From positions 1 to 6,518 of the forward strand of contig JADFSZ010000099.1 of assembly GCA_022560555.1 (NCBI GenBank): DNA of 6,518 nt. Reading direction: 5' to 3'. Below the pieces are notes generated by a model, which saw nothing but the letters and a program-made list of their open reading frames with translations, made no database searches and had not been told where the DNA came from. Within the stretch, counting starts at the first letter, position 1. Each line of letters starts with the position of its first letter. The position numbers and the translations under genes were made by a program. Origin of the DNA: PVC group bacterium. GTDB lineage: Bacteria; GCA-001730085; JADFSZ01. Of this stretch, positions 6,481 through 6,518 are shown piece by piece.

Positions 6481-6518
6481 ATAAAGGCAAACCTTGAGTA
6501 ATCAAGGGACGCAAAACT
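6481..6518 (+). promoter_or_regulatory. c-di-GMP-I (GEMM-I) riboswitch aptamer, copy 2 (5' half only, truncated by window end)
   Basis: The core GGCAAAC-CTTGA-GTAA-TCAAG-GGACGCAAAACT (6486-6518) has the same architecture as copy 1. Two compensatory base-pair changes occur in the tetraloop stem relative to copy 1. The second hairpin and the 3' strand lie beyond the window. Confidence 0.7.

Noticed and set aside
6354-6486. Possibility that the aptamers are the cGAMP-sensing GEMM-Ib variant.
   Set aside because: The nucleotide aligned by eye to Vc2 G20 is G in both copies (6354 and 6486), whereas the described cGAMP-selective variants carry A there. Specificity still needs experimental testing, and my alignment is manual.
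6353-6518. Two similar segments of about 32 nt (6353-6384 and 6486-6518), which could be read as direct repeats, a mini CRISPR array or transposon ends.
   Set aside because: There are only two copies. Each contains an internal hairpin with a GNRA loop, and the differences between copies are compensatory within the stem. The sequence matches the GEMM-I riboswitch core, so the copies are paralogous RNA aptamers rather than DNA repeats.

Overview
The window holds one co-directional + strand glycan (LPS core, O-antigen or EPS type) biosynthesis operon of five genes, followed by an AT-rich intergenic region and a cis-regulatory RNA leader that runs off the 3' edge. Order: (1) a 5'-truncated 835-aa ORF fusing a GT2 glycosyltransferase to two tandem Kdo/WaaP-type lipopolysaccharide-kinase domains; (2) a small soluble GT2; (3) a DPM1/ArnC-like GT2; (4) an extended-SDR NAD-dependent epimerase/dehydratase homologue that appears to lack the canonical YxxxK catalytic dyad; (5) a DegT/DnrJ/EryC1/StrS PLP-dependent sugar aminotransferase. 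All four junctions can be read as overlapping or abutting stop/start codons, which suggests translational coupling. Downstream (6341-6518) I recognise by eye two copies of the c-di-GMP-I (GEMM-I) riboswitch core. They are separated by a hairpin plus U-tract (intrinsic terminator), and the second aptamer is cut by the window end. No rRNA, tRNA, CRISPR or mobile element was seen. The most notable items are the tandem c-di-GMP riboswitch leader, the GT2-kinase-kinase fusion and the atypical SDR. I do not see a clearly new multi-gene system beyond these. All family calls rest on motif recognition by eye, not on searches.
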